DNA of 63,912 bases, filler included, from Folioceros fuciformis (lineage: Eukaryota), in NCBI GenBank assembly GCA_049999805.1. It is 13 parts of 13 records of this genome, joined end to end, with 100 filler letters (N's around TTAATTAATTAA, not from the genome) between each part and the next. Parts side by side here need not be neighbours in the genome. Positions count along the whole stretch, not along the records: positions 62,878 to 63,912 come from JBNGIO010001491.1; 12 more parts are not named here. One strand, given 5' to 3'. Under the pieces are notes generated by a model, which searched no databases, was not told the DNA's origin, and saw only the letters and a program-made list of their open reading frames with translations. Each line of letters opens with the position of its first letter. The first letter of the stretch is position 1. The position numbers and the translations under genes were made by a program. Shown here in pieces: positions 62,937-63,912 of this stretch.

Positions 62937-63912
62937 TGTGAACCTCCAAAGTTTGGGGTAGTAGTTTGTTTTGGTTGAAAAAGGGTTAATAGTGGTATGG
63001 TTTGGTTTTCTTTTTCAACTTATTTTCCCTAATTTTCCTTTATTTTCTGGTCATTTTTCCTATTTTTCTTTGTGCTAATTAGGTTAGTTGACCAGGAAAT
63101 AGTTGGTTTGGTTATAAGAGTGGGTATAGGTTTGGTCCTAGACCTGGGAAGGTTTAGGTTTGGTACCAGGCCATAGGGTTGGGAAAGTTTGAGTCTAGGT
63201 CTGGTGATTAGTGTAATATTAATTAAAGATATATAATATTAAATAATTAAATAATAATATAATAATGTCAAATAATAAAATAATGGTTTGAACATAGGAA
63301 CGGGTATCTGGGTATGTCAGTGTCAGGGGTCAGGGTCTGACGATAGGCTAGCTGATTGCTTGGCTGGCATGAACGGCGATGGAGGCCATGCCCTAGCTAG
63401 AGCTAGAGCCAGGGGTTGCGACCGCCCCCATCCCCCTCCCCCTCTCTCCCTTTCTCCCTTCCTCCTCCATTCCCTTCTTGGCCCCTCTTCTTCTTCTTCC
63501 CCTTCCCTCTCATCTCCCTTCACATCTTTTTGTGCCTCTTCTTCTTTGGATCTAGATTGCAGGCAGGAGGAGGGATCGATGGGGATGGGATCGGATGTGT
63601 GCAGGAGAGGAGGCTGAGGCGAGCTGCAGGATTCGGCTGATGTAGGGCCAGGCCTGCCCTCGTCTTCTTCCCGATTTCTTTTCCCATTCCCCTCCTGCCC
63701 TGTTCTGATTTCCTCCCCAATCTGCAGTCCCTCTGTTGGCGTTGCCATCCCCGCTGCTGTCTTGATTCTCGCTGCTCGTGGCTGGGTAATTTGCTATTTG
63801 CCCCCTCCCCGCCGTCGGGCGCAGCCATCCCCCACCCTAGGCGCTGCTGTCCAGCCTCCTCTCCTCCTCCTCCGCTGCTGTCCATCTCCCCTTCCTCCTC
63901 TTGCCCACCTCC
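62937..63912 (+). mobile_element. LTR-like element start (TGTGAACCTCC...), runs off the window
   Basis: Inverted copy of 49636-50165. Confidence 0.75.

Overview
Repeat-rich land-plant nuclear DNA, possibly a fern or another seed-free plant (inference from gene families and TE content). It is stitched from 13 contigs by twelve artificial 100-bp linkers (N44-TTAATTAATTAA-N44). Host genes: a complete two-exon class-A GATA transcription factor (-), two tandem intronless F-box paralogues (+; one cut by a gap), and a canonical long-loop PIN auxin efflux carrier (-) whose last exons are not visible. The rest is nested, mostly decayed TEs: several Ty1/copia elements, two solo LTRs with target-site duplications, two copies of another LTR, a CACTA end, LINE-like and CRE-like non-LTR remnants, a pogo/Tigger-like DDE transposase, and micro/minisatellites. 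Most notable: two different LTR-element 3' regions share the [16 protein letters not shown]. Each carries an antisense accessory ORF of about 200-230 codons starting about 250 bp from the 3' LTR, with a coiled coil and a Cys/His cluster. One of these ORFs has an apparent spliceosomal intron.
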